NCBI GenBank assembly: GCA_963832745.1
Contig: CAWHVC010000003.1
Coordinates: forward strand, 128,001-192,000
DNA from: Candidatus Bathyarchaeota archaeon
GTDB lineage: Archaea; Thermoproteota; Bathyarchaeia; Bathyarchaeales; Bathycorpusculaceae
Length of the DNA: 64,000 nt
Direction of reading: 5' to 3'
Position numbers and translations under genes: made by a program. Below the pieces are notes generated by a model. The model did no database searches and was not told the DNA's origin. It saw nothing but the letters and a program-made list of their open reading frames with translations. Positions 1 to 10,132 of this stretch are shown here, piece by piece. Positions within the stretch are counted from its first letter, which is position 1. Every line of letters begins with the position of its first letter.

Positions 1-1448
1 CCATCATAACCGATTAGTCCTCGTCCAAACGAAGCGGAAATTCCGGCGGTGAAGTCACTGGTTGCGGGGAAACTGGTTAATGGCCAACTGACATTACTCA
101 TAATTCTTGAGGTAAAGTTTGTTGATGTTCCTGCAGTCGTGAAGTTTATTAGGAAACGTTGTGCATTTGCACCGGTTCCTATTGTTTGTACGCCTAAGCC
201 GTAGCCACTCATGTAGTGAATAGCTGATGTCAACGGTGAGATTGAAGTGTTTAGTGTCATTGCTCCAGTGTTTGCATTATACTTGTAGAGTCTACTGCCA
301 TCTAAGTATACTATTGTAGATGGGTACTCTATTGCGCCTTGGAATTGCCAGTTGCCGAAACTTTCCACAGTTTGTGAATGGGTAAATCCGTCAACTTCCC
401 AGTATAGTTGTCCAGTGCGCATGTCAACACACTGTAACGTGGTTGTTGCTACCTGCTGTATGCTGCCATTGATATATTCAGACCGTACTTTTGGTACAGC
501 CATGTATCCTCGTCCATCGATAGCCATTGTAATTACGCCCGGGTTTGCTGATGTAGTAGCAAATGGAACTTCATATGACCATTCGGTAGCGCCAAATGTT
601 CCGTATCTGCCTGATCCAGTGATGCCTCCGAGAGCGTTAACTTGTTTCCAAGCAATGTGTGCAGTTTCTGGGGCTTGTACGTATGGGAAAAAGTCCATTC
701 TTTGGTTCCAGTAGGGGCTGCAGTCGGGGTACATTTCATAATAGTCGGGGCCTGAGGGTCCATACCAGGGCCAGTCACCTATGATGGGTAACCAATCTCG
801 CAGTTCTGGCGCTACTGGTCGTGTCCAATAGTCGGTTGGTGTTGTCACGTAGGGCCATGACCATACCATGTCTTCCTGTACGGTGAAAGTGTATTCGGGG
901 CTTGAATCGGGTTTGTAGTAGGTTGAGCCAGTATAGTTTGATGTTGTGGTCATATAGCCAGCTGCGCCTTCAGAGGCTGAAGTGTAAACTACACCGTCAT
1001 TATAGTATCCTGCAGGTAAGAAGCATCCAGGGAAATCAACTTTGTACTTGTATACACCGACCTGTGTTGGAGTGTACTCCATCCATGTAGCGGCTGTGTC
1101 TCTTTCTGAATTCATGGTGAACTCGTCTGTGGTTCCATCTGGTTTAGTAATGGTTATGTGGTATCCGATGAGTTTACGTTGCGCATTGGACGCTGGTGTA
1201 GCCCAAACGTTGACTAGAAGGGTTTGGTCTTTGCCAATTACGCTTGGTCTTATGCTTATCCAGACGTCAGTGTCAAATGTGCCGGTTGCGACGTCACCAC
1301 TTTTCAATGGTCCAGCATACGGCTGTACTGGCGCAAGAGCTGCTTGAACGGGTTGTATCGGAGCGACAATTAGCACTGTTGAAGTTATCATCATCAAAAT
1401 AAAGATGATTGAAAAAACTATTTTTTTCTTTTTACTTGAAGTTTCCAA
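1..1448 (-). CDS. Large secreted surface protein, PQQ-like beta-propeller type (partial, runs off window start)
   Basis: Hand-translated; TTG at 1448 after GGGGAG. Signal peptide (KRKKIVFSIIFILMMITSTVLIV), then motifs such as PTDYWTRPV and PYVQAPETAHIAWK. The frame at base 3 matches the start. Absent from the ORF track because no stop falls in the window. Confidence 0.7.
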   Translation of the reverse strand, partial: METSSKKKKIVFSIIFILMMITSTVLIVAPIQPVQAALAPVQPYAGPLKSGDVATGTFDTDVWISIRPSVIGKDQTLLVNVWATPASNAQRKLIGYHITITKPDGTTDEFTMNSERDTAATWMEYTPTQVGVYKYKVDFPGCFLPAGYYNDGVVYTSASEGAAGYMTTTSNYTGSTYYKPDSSPEYTFTVQEDMVWSWPYVTTPTDYWTRPVAPELRDWLPIIGDWPWYGPSGPDYYEMYPDCSPYWNQRMDFFPYVQAPETAHIAWKQVNALGGITGSGRYGTFGATEWSYEVPFATTSANPGVITMAIDGRGYMAVPKVRSEYINGSIQQVATTTLQCVDMRTGQLYWEVDGFTHSQTVESFGNWQFQGAIEYPSTIVYLDGSRLYKYNANTGAMTLNTSISPLTSAIHYMSGYGLGVQTIGTGANAQRFLINFTTAGTSTNFTSRIMSNVSWPLTSFPATSDFTAGISASFGRGLIGYD

Positions 1449-1610
1449 AATTTTGGTCTCCCCAGTTTTATGAAGACGACAGTCTTGTGAAAAAAGAGTC
1501 ATCTTCAGAACCAATTTGGCGATAAAATGCTTATAACAACTGTTGGAAAGTGACCACTTAATACACAAAAAATTATAAAAAATATATAATAATAAAATTT
1601 AGGTGAAAAA

Positions 1611-1841
1611 TTAATAGAAGTTACGTGCTTCTTTACGTTTTTCTGCTTCCTCATAGAACCGTAGCACTTCGTCCACTATTTCTACGTTTGAAAGCAGCAT
1701 ACGCCTACAGCAATAGCGTTTAATGCCAAGACTGTCAAGCACGTCGCTCGCGTTTTCGCCTGTTTTAATGCGCCTTGCGAATTCTTCCCATCTGTCTCCA
1801 ACCAGTTTGCCGCAGGTGAAGCATCTTACGGGAATTATCAC
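1611..1841 (-). CDS. rpoN: DNA-directed RNA polymerase subunit Rpo10 (N)
   Basis: MIIPVRCFTCGK...RYCCRRMLL signature. Confidence 0.98.
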   Translation of the reverse strand: MIIPVRCFTCGKLVGDRWEEFARRIKTGENASDVLDSLGIKRYCCRRMLLSNVEIVDEVLRFYEEAEKRKEARNFY

Positions 1842-1856
1842 TTTCTTTTTCTCTCC

Positions 1857-2267
1857 TTATCTGTAGCTCTTCTGTTCTTTTGCACGTGCGCCTGCTCCAC
1901 CGAACTTTTTGGTTTCTTTAGCTCTTGAGTCACCAACAATCATCGTTCGGTCGTATTCACTAAAGACTGTACGTAAATGAGAGCTTTTTGTCCATTTCAA
2001 CAATGCGTTTGCGACTGCCATGCGGGCTGCTTCTGCTTGACCCATGAAACCGCCGCCGCTGGTTTGAACGTCAAGGTCTACCTGATGCCAGACCTCTCCG
2101 CCTGCTTGCAGGAGTGGTTCCATGATTTTTGCACGTGCAATATCAGGTTCGTAAATTTCAACTGGTGTCAGGTTTATGCGTACTTTGCCTACGCCTTGTT
2201 TTACTACGGCGCGTGCAGTTGCGGTTTTTCGTTTTCCGCTAACAACTAATACTTTCTTTGCCGGCAT
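1857..2267 (-). CDS. rps9: 30S ribosomal protein uS9
   Basis: GKRKTATARA, GGGFMGQAEA, C-terminal QKSYR. Confidence 0.97.
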   Translation of the reverse strand: MPAKKVLVVSGKRKTATARAVVKQGVGKVRINLTPVEIYEPDIARAKIMEPLLQAGGEVWHQVDLDVQTSGGGFMGQAEAARMAVANALLKWTKSSHLRTVFSEYDRTMIVGDSRAKETKKFGGAGARAKEQKSYR

Positions 2268-2269
2268 GA

Positions 2270-2710
2270 TTATTCACCTTGATTCCATCCGATCTCTTTT
2301 GCTAATTCAGCTAAAGTGAAGGATGGCCCTTTAAGTTTTGAAGCTTGAGCTTCTTCGAATTGGATTGTTTGTTGGTCTTTAAGTTCTAATGGTACACCCA
2401 TGAAAACTTTTAGACGTTTAAATGCATTTTTGCCTTTTGGTTGATGGTAGGGCAGCATGCCTCTTAGGGTCTTTTTGAGCATTCTATCTGGTCTGCGGTA
2501 ATGGAATGGTCCGCGTTCTGGTGCTCCTACTTCAAGGAAAAGGTGTGCTTCTGCTATTTTGCTTTTCTTTTTGCCTGAAATAACGGTTTTTTCAGCGTTG
2601 AGAATGGTTACGTTTTCACCGTTTAGCAACCTTTTAGCGACGTTGCTTGACATTCTGCCAAGGATTAATCCCTCAGCATTTACGTAAGTTACTCGGGAGT
2701 TTGTTGACAT
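2270..2710 (-). CDS. rpl13: 50S ribosomal protein uL13
   Basis: ILGRMSS, GPFHYRRPD, LRGMLP; start moved to ATG 2710 to avoid overlap with rpl18e. Confidence 0.96.
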   Translation of the reverse strand: MSTNSRVTYVNAEGLILGRMSSNVAKRLLNGENVTILNAEKTVISGKKKSKIAEAHLFLEVGAPERGPFHYRRPDRMLKKTLRGMLPYHQPKGKNAFKRLKVFMGVPLELKDQQTIQFEEAQASKLKGPSFTLAELAKEIGWNQGE

Positions 2711-2717
2711 TACATTT

Positions 2718-3080
2718 TCACCGGATAATTTTGATATTTGAGCCTTTGGGATTTTTCGCCACAAGCTCAGGGATTGTTACGTATTTTGCTTTTACAGCGT
2801 CAAGTTTTGCTTTTGCTTTCTCTGAAACGCTGAAAGCAGCTACCGTAATCGGATGACTTAATGAGCCCGTTGCAAGAATTTTGCCGGGGATAACAATGGT
2901 GTCTGCAGTTTTTGTGTTCCTGTTGATGCTGCTCAGGTTCACTGCTGCACGTTGAGAGCGTGGTTGAGCTAACTGTTCAGCTACATCATGCCAGATAGGA
3001 GCATCTTTTTCTCTGCTCTCTTTCTTCAATTGTTTGATAAGCTGGATTAATTCCGGATTGGTTGATTCTGTTTGTCTCAT
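2718..3080 (-). CDS. rpl18e: 50S ribosomal protein eL18
   Basis: TNPEL, AVNLSSINR, IPGKILATG, NPKGSNIKII. Confidence 0.96.
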   Translation of the reverse strand: MRQTESTNPELIQLIKQLKKESREKDAPIWHDVAEQLAQPRSQRAAVNLSSINRNTKTADTIVIPGKILATGSLSHPITVAAFSVSEKAKAKLDAVKAKYVTIPELVAKNPKGSNIKIIR

Positions 3081-3892
3081 TGTTTTTCTACCTTTGCTTG
3101 TTCTTCAAATTCCTTTAGTTGTTGCCCTAAGATTTTTGTTGCTTCTTGAAGTACTCTTTCAGGTGGAAGTGCACCTGTTGACTCCAAATTAATGATAAAA
3201 GAGTTCTTTTCCCATTCAACTTTAAGCGGGGAAGGCTTTTTGGGGCAAGCGTCAACACAGTCCATGCACAAGTTGCATGAATAGATGTCGCGGACGTCAA
3301 TTTTGCCGCCTTTGGTTTCTAAAACTTTTTTGGGGCATATGTCAACGCATTTTTGGCAGTCTTCACATAACTCGGTTGGAGTAGTGATTTTTGGGTAATA
3401 CTTGTATGCTGAAACACATACTGGTTGCCATTTTGCGTGCGTTTTGCCAGTTCCAAGTCTTGCGTAGGCTTCAAGTTTTAGTTTTTGTCCTTTTGCAAGT
3501 TTGATTATTGGGATTTTGTCTGATACTGGAACAATTTCGGGGTTTTCAGAAACGAGTTCACCGCTGTAAACGGTTCTTGTGCCGTCTTTTGCCTCTGCGT
3601 CTAAGGTCAAGGTTACTCGGCATTGCGGACAGCCGAATTCGCTTTGGCAAGGGCATTCTTCAGGAGTATTGTAATTGTCAAGGTCTGTTTTTAATGGAGT
3701 AAGACCAAGCCTGTGAGCAATAATTTCGTCTTGAAGAATTGATGAGTTATCAATCATTACAACTTCATCAATTGCCATGCATGGAACCTGAGCAAGTGAT
3801 ATTCTGCGCAAAGCGTTCATTAGAGGAACCTCTGCGTCTCTTACAATTACGCGAATGACTGTATCGTTTTTCTCAAGGATTTCAACTTTCAC
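3077..3892 (-). CDS. rpoD: RNA polymerase subunit Rpo3 (D) with ferredoxin-like Fe-S domain
   Basis: NALRR, DEIIAHRLGLTP, HAKWQP; CxxCxxCxxxCP occurs twice. Confidence 0.96.
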   Translation of the reverse strand: MKVEILEKNDTVIRVIVRDAEVPLMNALRRISLAQVPCMAIDEVVMIDNSSILQDEIIAHRLGLTPLKTDLDNYNTPEECPCQSEFGCPQCRVTLTLDAEAKDGTRTVYSGELVSENPEIVPVSDKIPIIKLAKGQKLKLEAYARLGTGKTHAKWQPVCVSAYKYYPKITTPTELCEDCQKCVDICPKKVLETKGGKIDVRDIYSCNLCMDCVDACPKKPSPLKVEWEKNSFIINLESTGALPPERVLQEATKILGQQLKEFEEQAKVEKQ

Positions 3893-4001
3893 TTGCTAAG
3901 ACACTCCAACAATAGGTGCAAATATTTGGTTTGCGTTTCAATAATTGTTTCAGTGCATTATTTCAATTTTTCTATTAATCAAATAATGAAAGGGTGGAAG
4001 G

Positions 4002-4403
4002 TTAAACTCTTCTTCCTCTTCTGCCACCGGGTCTTCGGGTGCCGTCATGAGGAATTGGGGTCACTTCTTCAATGCGTTCAATACGGAAGCCAAATCTTGC
4101 AAGGGCTCTGATTGCTGCTTGTGCACCTGGACCAGGAGTCCTTGGACCACTGCCACCTGGTGCGCGAACTTTAATGTGGATTGCTGTTACGCCTTTGTCT
4201 CTTGCAATTTCTGCCGCTCCGGTTGCTGCGCGCATTGCTGCATATGGTGATGATTCCATGCGGTCTGCTTTGACGAACATTCCGCCGGTTGTACGCGCGA
4301 TTGTTTCGGCACCGCTAATGTCAGTTATGTGGATTAAGGTGTTGTTGTAGGAGCTAAAGATGTGGACTATTCCCCATTTTTCGTTACGTTTGCTGTTGCT
4401 CAA
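4002..4403 (-). CDS. rps11: 30S ribosomal protein uS11
   Basis: [36 protein letters not shown]. Confidence 0.98.
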   Translation of the reverse strand: MSNSKRNEKWGIVHIFSSYNNTLIHITDISGAETIARTTGGMFVKADRMESSPYAAMRAATGAAEIARDKGVTAIHIKVRAPGGSGPRTPGPGAQAAIRALARFGFRIERIEEVTPIPHDGTRRPGGRRGRRV

Positions 4404-4990
4404 AATCTGCCGCCTCCACGTCCGCCTCTTCTGCCTCGGCTAGGTTGTCGGATTTCGGGTGGTTTAGCGACAACTGTTAAGCCTACGCGTAATGGGTGGG
4501 CTTGGTTTGTAAGTGCACTTGTTACTGAGTAAGTAATTTGTGCTTCATCTGCTTTTGGAACGATGTAGCCTGGGATTGTTACTCGTCTGCCATTGATTGA
4601 TATGTGTGCATGAGTGATTAGCTGGCGTGATTGGAATATTGTTCTTGTCAAGCTTTTTCGGAAAACGATTGTTTGCAGTCTACGTTCAAGAATGTCTTCG
4701 ATAGTTAAGTCTAAGACATTGTCTAGAACGGCTGTTTCCTGCAGGATACCCAACTTCTTTAAGCGGGTTAGCAGTTCACCTTCCATTTTTGCGCGTTCTT
4801 CAGGTGTTTTGCTGATTAATGAACGTGCAATGCCTCTGACTTTGGATAGATACGTTTTGTGACGCCAGAGCTCATGTTTGTTTCTTAAACCGTATTGACC
4901 TAAGAGTTTAAGCTCTTCTTGAAGAATATCTTTGCGCCAACGGAAACGTGGAGTTTCGAATTTCTTACGCTGTTTCTTTGGATCTCCCAC
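4400..4990 (-). CDS. rps4: 30S ribosomal protein uS4
   Basis: [31 protein letters not shown]. Confidence 0.97.
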   Translation of the reverse strand: MGDPKKQRKKFETPRFRWRKDILQEELKLLGQYGLRNKHELWRHKTYLSKVRGIARSLISKTPEERAKMEGELLTRLKKLGILQETAVLDNVLDLTIEDILERRLQTIVFRKSLTRTIFQSRQLITHAHISINGRRVTIPGYIVPKADEAQITYSVTSALTNQAHPLRVGLTVVAKPPEIRQPSRGRRGGRGGGRF

Positions 4991-4992
4991 GA

Positions 4993-5478
4993 TTATTTGC
5001 CTCCTTCAGCTGGCTTACTACCTTGTTGCAGGGTCTTTTTCTTTACGCCTAATGCTTTGCCTGCGCGTCCAGTGGTTTTTGTTCTTTGACCACGAACTTT
5101 TAAGCTGTAAGCGTGACGGTATCCACGCCAGGAACGGATTTCTCTGGCTTGGTCGATGTCAGTTTTTACTTTGAAAATTAGATCAGCGCTTAAGAGGTGG
5201 ACATCTTTGCCTGTTTCCGAATCCTTTCGCCTGTTAAAGAGCCAGCCGGGGATTCCGTATTTTGCTGGGTCTCGGATTACATCCTCTATTTTTGCGATGT
5301 CTGAATCTGTAATGAAACCTACACGCAGATCTGGGTTAACGCCTGCTTTTTTAATGACAGCGTTTGACAGGCTCATATTGATACCCCTAACTTGTTTCAC
5401 TGCATAAGAAGTTTTTAGGGTGCCTGGTGAGTCAGAGCCCAAGATGCGCACTATGTGACGAAATTCCTGTGACGACAT
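4993..5478 (-). CDS. rps13: 30S ribosomal protein uS13
   Basis: FRHIVRI, WLFNRRKD, RGYRH, VRGQRTKTTGR. Confidence 0.97.
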   Translation of the reverse strand: MSSQEFRHIVRILGSDSPGTLKTSYAVKQVRGINMSLSNAVIKKAGVNPDLRVGFITDSDIAKIEDVIRDPAKYGIPGWLFNRRKDSETGKDVHLLSADLIFKVKTDIDQAREIRSWRGYRHAYSLKVRGQRTKTTGRAGKALGVKKKTLQQGSKPAEGGK

Positions 5479-5893
5479 TCTAAATTATCATCCGTTTTTA
5501 ACTTGAAGCATATACGAAATGAGGCAGTATTTATTTAAACCTTCCCTTGCCAGAATATTCGTTTAATGAAATTTATAAACGTCTAACTATTCCAAGCAAC
5601 GTATCTGCCACTGTTTTTTCTGATAACAAGCAATGCAAAGTACCTAAAAAGGATTATACTTTTGGCACCTCGAGAGACAAAAACACGGCTTACAAGAAAC
5701 AACAGGGCAATTGCAAGACGTTGGCAAAAGGAAAGTTTGCAGTAGAGCAATAAACTCACCATTTATTACCCACAATCAAGCTTTTTGATTCACTATTTTA
5801 CCAGTTTTATTGAATTTCAATAATATATGATAACAAAACTAAATGTAAATAAATGAGGACAACAATGCTGTTGAGCCGGAAGGGATTGGGAAA

Positions 5894-6151
5894 ATGGAAT
5901 TAACTATAACAATAGTTGGTTTAATAGCTGCAGTATTTACAACAATTGCTCTTTTGCCTCAACTGCTCAAAGTTAAACGAACCAAATCAGCCAAAGACAT
6001 CTCCACATGGATGTTTTCACTTTTTTGTGGAGGCGTATTTTTATGGTTTATTTACGGCTTGTTCGTTTTTGATTTGCCCATTATTCTCGCAAATTCCTTC
6101 ACATTCGTTCAAGCAGTAACAATTCTAATGCTTAAAATAAAATACAAATGA
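5894..6151 (+). CDS. SemiSWEET/PQ-loop family small transporter
   Basis: 85 aa, 3 TM segments, TTIALLPQ..K...SAKDIS, W.IYG, PIILAN. Confidence 0.88.
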   Translation: MELTITIVGLIAAVFTTIALLPQLLKVKRTKSAKDISTWMFSLFCGGVFLWFIYGLFVFDLPIILANSFTFVQAVTILMLKIKYK

Positions 6152-6229
6152 AGCCAAACTCTAAGCAAAGCCAAATTTCAAGTTTTTTCAAAAAGAAGAA
6201 GGGAGTTTTTCAAGGCCCTTCAAACTAAT

Positions 6230-6934
6230 CTACAAGAAAAGATTGTTGTCGACATCTATGAAAGTGTTGATTTCACTGGCAATCTTTGGATTTGGATTCT
6301 CCAACCCATACCGGTTAAGCCAAACGGCTTTCATTCCAACATCAATGGCAGGCAAAATATCGCAGTTCCAAGAATCCCCAACATACACAGCGTTGGATGG
6401 TGTGACATCAACTTTTTCAAGGGCAATCTCGAAAAGTTGTTTGCTGGGTTTTTTGTAGCAGTCGCTTTCTGAAATTATAAAGTAGTCAAGTAGTTTGTCT
6501 ATTTTGCATGCTTTTAGTTTCTCCATTTCCTGGTCGACCTGACCATTTGCTATTACGCCCAGTTTGGCATAATTCATCAGGGTTGTTAGGAGTTCTATGC
6601 TGCCGGGCACGGGTTGACGGTTTTTACAGTATTCTTTAGTATACAGTTCCACAGTGTTTTTTTCTTCTTCTATGCTCAGGTTTATTCCATACATTGCGCA
6701 CAGTTTGGATATTCCTTGTGTGGTAACGTCAGCCATTATTAAATTGCCGCTGGGAGTAGCACAATAATCGGAAGCGCCGAGAAGTCTTTCGTGTTCTTCT
6801 TCTAGTTCTTCTAAAGAAACAGCTCTAAGTTTTTGAAATTTTTTTTGAAGTGCCTCTAATCCTTTTAGACGACTGTGCTTATGGTCAAAAAGGGTATCAT
6901 CCAAGTCGAACAATACAGCCTTCATCAGACTCAC
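6230..6934 (-). CDS. HAD-superfamily hydrolase
   Basis: FDLDDTL motif I, KKP, YVGDS..DI. Confidence 0.9.
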   Translation of the reverse strand: MSLMKAVLFDLDDTLFDHKHSRLKGLEALQKKFQKLRAVSLEELEEEHERLLGASDYCATPSGNLIMADVTTQGISKLCAMYGINLSIEEEKNTVELYTKEYCKNRQPVPGSIELLTTLMNYAKLGVIANGQVDQEMEKLKACKIDKLLDYFIISESDCYKKPSKQLFEIALEKVDVTPSNAVYVGDSWNCDILPAIDVGMKAVWLNRYGLENPNPKIASEINTFIDVDNNLFL

Positions 6935-7114
6935 TGCTAATATAATTAGAATGCTACCCTTCTTAAAGTTAACCTAAATATAAGCAAAAAAAAGCATCTG
7001 AACAGTTTTCAAATGAAAAATAACAATTAAAATAAACAAATGCTAAATTGTCCAATACAAAACAACGGCATTGTGTGGCGCTAACTTCAATCACCAAAAC
7101 CTATCAGGACGCTA

Positions 7115-7132
7115 TAGAGGTTCTATGCAGAA
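7115..7132 (+). repeat. attL: left half of dispersed host repeat + 9-bp core (TAGAGGTTC-TATGCAGAA)
   Basis: Matches the left part of the intact copies at 31112-31148 and 43974-43996 (reverse); similarity stops right after the core. Confidence 0.85.
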
Positions 7133-7142
7133 TGCCTGTGGT

Positions 7143-7338
7143 GTAAAAAGCATGGGAAAATGTAAGATAAGGCGTAAGAAAACACGGTAAAAGTGTAAAT
7201 TTACGCTATTACTCGATTTTCATGGTAAACAGAACGGTAAACAACGGCGTAATCTTACACTTTTTGTAAACAGGCAGTATAAAGGTAAATGGGTGAAAGC
7301 GGTAATTACCTGTGTTTCCTTTGGAAATCACCCTGTAA
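7143..7338 (+). repeat. Cluster of 12 GTAA motifs at the left end of the provirus
   Basis: GTAA at 7143, 7162, 7174, 7187, 7195, 7225, 7237, 7249, 7266, 7285, 7302, 7335; several ~12 bp apart. Confidence 0.55.
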
Positions 7339-7365
7339 ACATGCCCGATTCATTGGAAAAAACAC

Positions 7366-7411
7366 TTATATGCTTGTTTTACCATATCAGCGCTTGGTGA
7401 CATCAGATTGA
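7366..7411 (+). promoter_or_regulatory. Viral early promoter/leader: TTATATGCT box + GCTTGGTGACATCAGATTG (SD + TTG start)
   Basis: Same architecture and nearly the same spacing upstream of the integrase (17398-17444). Confidence 0.7.
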
Positions 7412-8094
7412 AGCCGAGGGCTGTTAGACTCAGCGCTGACTACGAAGCAAGACTACAGAAGGTAAAAGACTTCTATGGTGTTAGTGGCGGTTACTTCTCA
7501 GACGAATTTAGAAAGTTACTGGAAGTCCTTAGCGAGTGCATTGATAATCAACGCCAGTGGCAACAGACCGAGGAAACCTTAGAGAAATCGAAAGCTATTT
7601 TTTGCCAGTTCAGAAAAACCATTGAAATACCACACCGCAACAAAAAAACAGGTGAGGTTATTTGGAAAGAAAAAAACCTTGTATGTTCCCGTAACCCACC
7701 AACCTTTAAGAAAGCGTTTTTGCCGTTGTGTGATATTTGCCAAGCTAACAAGTTCCATCTTAAGCTGACAGAGAACACTATTGTTGAACAGCCCAAAATT
7801 GAAACACCCCTCTATGAAGAGTCTCGAGAGTCACAGGTAGCACCCAAGCCGCAACCCCAACCAATTAAGAAAGAACTCCAACCGATTGTAGGCTGGGAAA
7901 ACTACTCTGTACGCTCTGACGGCTCTAAAGTTTGTCCTTTTGGTGGCTATGTCTATCCAGCAAATTGTAAGCGTTGCAAAGAGGCAGACGATAAAAACAA
8001 ATGGGAAACTTGTGTAGCGCTTCATTATCAGCTACAGACTAACCCCTCGGCTCCAAGAAAATTTGATGCCCTAAACACAACAGGGCGCAATTAA
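7408..8094 (+). CDS. Viral protein with N-terminal ribbon-helix-helix-like segment and Cys-rich (Zn-binding) regions
   Basis: RAVRLS beta-strand then amphipathic helices; CDIC, CPF..NCKRC; SD GGTGA before TTG. Confidence 0.6.
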   Translation: MKPRAVRLSADYEARLQKVKDFYGVSGGYFSDEFRKLLEVLSECIDNQRQWQQTEETLEKSKAIFCQFRKTIEIPHRNKKTGEVIWKEKNLVCSRNPPTFKKAFLPLCDICQANKFHLKLTENTIVEQPKIETPLYEESRESQVAPKPQPQPIKKELQPIVGWENYSVRSDGSKVCPFGGYVYPANCKRCKEADDKNKWETCVALHYQLQTNPSAPRKFDALNTTGRN

Positions 8095-8097
8095 ACT

Positions 8098-8370
8098 ATG
8101 AGTGAGCAAGAAATTAAAACCCCCAAACCTGCAACCTTAACCTATATCCTTGAAGTATCCCCCAAATGCAACAGGCTACAAGTTGAACAAGAAATGGCTA
8201 TTAGCCTGCGCAAGCTTAACGACTGCAAAGCTGTTGATGCTTACCGTTTTGGTGAACTTCTCGGTACAACCTGTAAGGGCAAAGGCATTACTGACGAAAC
8301 GTTGACGGCTGATTTTACCGTGATTCTTGAAACCGATAAAATTGCAGAGCTTCATGGCTCTAAACTTTAG
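8098..8370 (+). CDS. Viral hypothetical protein
   Basis: ATG 3 nt after the previous stop; operon packing. Confidence 0.65.
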   Translation: MSEQEIKTPKPATLTYILEVSPKCNRLQVEQEMAISLRKLNDCKAVDAYRFGELLGTTCKGKGITDETLTADFTVILETDKIAELHGSKL

Positions 8371-8381
8371 GAGCCTTGCAA

Positions 8382-9263
8382 ATGTCCGAAACACCCGATT
8401 TATTATTCCTTGGGCGAGGCTTAGACGAACCAACCCCCGAACCAACCAACACACGCACAGACAGCGACATGTTAAAAGAAATTTTTGAGCAGTACCCAAC
8501 AGCCGAAGAAGCAAAGAAGCATGTCAACGAGGTTGCAAAAGGAGAAAACAAGTTTAACCGAAAATTCAGCAAACCCAACTGCTACAAGGCAATCAAAAAG
8601 AAATGCAACTTCAAAGGCGATAAACCAAAAGTTTCAAGCCATGAAGCAACCGCAAGCATTCCAGAAGGCGAAGAAATAGAACTCCCCATCGAGCCAGACA
8701 CACCAACACAAACCACTTCAACGCACTTTGAAGATGAAAGCGGCATACCTGAACCTCAACCTTACAACCAACCATTCACAAACTACGAAGCCGTAAAAGC
8801 AGAACTACAACCAATCCAAGAACGAAGCGTCAAAGGCTTAGTCAACAACGTTTTTGACATGATAGGCGTTAAAGGCGAAGGCAAAAACGGCGTAGGTATA
8901 ACCGACCAAGAAAGCAAAGATACAATCACACTTTTGCCCTATATTCTCAAAAAAATAACAAAGGGCGAAATGAACCAAGAAACCTATGAGAACCTAACCA
9001 TTGGTTTACACGTTGGCAACATTGCAACCAAAGCAATAAAAAGCAAAGTTGCAGACCGAACAAACAAGGAACTCAAGAAAATTTTTGCAGAACAACCAAC
9101 AACAACACAGAAAATAACCCCTGCACCACAGCCAGCCCCAGCACCCGAACCAAAGCCAGAGCAGACACCCGAAACCAAACCCGAACAGCCAGCCATAAAC
9201 ATAACAAGCAACGACAGCCGAAACACGCCTTTCCTAAAAGCAATGGAGAAAATGCAACACTAA
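8382..9263 (+). CDS. Viral hypothetical protein with acidic/Pro-rich linkers
   Basis: Long ORF, AGGAG upstream; no recognisable motif. Confidence 0.75.
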   Translation: MSETPDLLFLGRGLDEPTPEPTNTRTDSDMLKEIFEQYPTAEEAKKHVNEVAKGENKFNRKFSKPNCYKAIKKKCNFKGDKPKVSSHEATASIPEGEEIELPIEPDTPTQTTSTHFEDESGIPEPQPYNQPFTNYEAVKAELQPIQERSVKGLVNNVFDMIGVKGEGKNGVGITDQESKDTITLLPYILKKITKGEMNQETYENLTIGLHVGNIATKAIKSKVADRTNKELKKIFAEQPTTTQKITPAPQPAPAPEPKPEQTPETKPEQPAINITSNDSRNTPFLKAMEKMQH

Positions 9264-9276
9264 AGGGGTGACAAGA

Positions 9277-9549
9277 ATGAACTTTGACGATTTAAAAACT
9301 ATCTTAGGCGTTATGAAAACAATTATGCCGCCAGAAAGCCGTGAACAAGTTGATTCATTGCTTAAGCTGGGAGAAATAGCTCAAACAGTGTTGCCCAAAG
9401 ATGCCGTTCAAACAAAGCCATTAATGGAGATGCTTAAGCGCTGTCATGTTGAGCAAACCACTTACAAGGGTAAAAAGTGCGTTGCCATTATCATCGAAAA
9501 AATCCCCCCAGCAATCGAAACAACCGCAATAAAGAAGGCAGACGCATGA
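9277..9549 (+). CDS. Viral hypothetical protein
   Basis: GGGGTGA SD before ATG 9277. Confidence 0.65.
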   Translation: MNFDDLKTILGVMKTIMPPESREQVDSLLKLGEIAQTVLPKDAVQTKPLMEMLKRCHVEQTTYKGKKCVAIIIEKIPPAIETTAIKKADA

Positions 9550-9767
9550 AGCCCTTAAACGCCTCAATAGACATGCAACCATACAATGAAGAAACAATCA
9601 GAACCAACCACGCCAACCTAAAAAGACGCTCCATAGCAGACCTTGAAGCAATCATCGACAGCAACCACGCAAGCCTAACCACAAAAGGTTTAGCCTTCCT
9701 ACTACTGCAAAAAAGAAAACCAGCCGAAAAGCGCAAACTGCCGCCTAAGCAGTTTGTGTGTGTGTGA
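9546..9767 (+). CDS. Viral hypothetical protein
   Basis: ATGA overlap with the previous gene. Confidence 0.5.
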   Translation: MKPLNASIDMQPYNEETIRTNHANLKRRSIADLEAIIDSNHASLTTKGLAFLLLQKRKPAEKRKLPPKQFVCV

Positions 9768-9778
9768 GTGTGTGTATT

Positions 9779-10132
9779 ATGAGTTGTAGCAGTCAACACT
9801 CAACCATTCTTTTCTGCCCCAAATGCCCCAACAAAAAAACACTTACATGCCAGTTCTGCAACGGAACCCAACTCAAAGCCGAACTAATCAAAGAACGCTT
9901 AGAAGTCAAAGCAAAAGACAGAAGGCGCAACTTCAAACAAGAAATAGTACACGTTTTCGTTTTCAACAACGGCTTAGTAACGACCACAGACCAAAAAGAC
10001 GATGTAATGCTTCAATTCACAGGCAAACAAGAAACCAAACTGAAAAGCATCAAACAAAGAATTGACAAACAAAAACCCTGCAAAATAACTTGGCATTCTG
10101 AAAGATGCATGAAAGAAGAGGTTTACGTCTAA
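9779..10132 (+). CDS. Viral Zn-finger protein
   Basis: CPKC...CQFC. Confidence 0.6.
   Translation: MSCSSQHSTILFCPKCPNKKTLTCQFCNGTQLKAELIKERLEVKAKDRRRNFKQEIVHVFVFNNGLVTTTDQKDDVMLQFTGKQETKLKSIKQRIDKQKPCKITWHSERCMKEEVYV

Noticed and set aside
352-1347. Plus-strand ORFs in the track (352-714, 902-1090, 1042-1347) and similar antisense ORFs over ribosomal and exosome genes
   Set aside because: Shadow ORFs opposite well-supported genes.
3077-3892. Fe-S cluster domain in Rpo3 as a novelty
   Set aside because: A known feature of many archaeal Rpo3 subunits.
7143-7338. CRISPR array in the repeat-rich left end of the provirus
   Set aside because: Repeats are only 4-8 bp with no constant 25-40 bp unit or spacers; no cas genes in the window.
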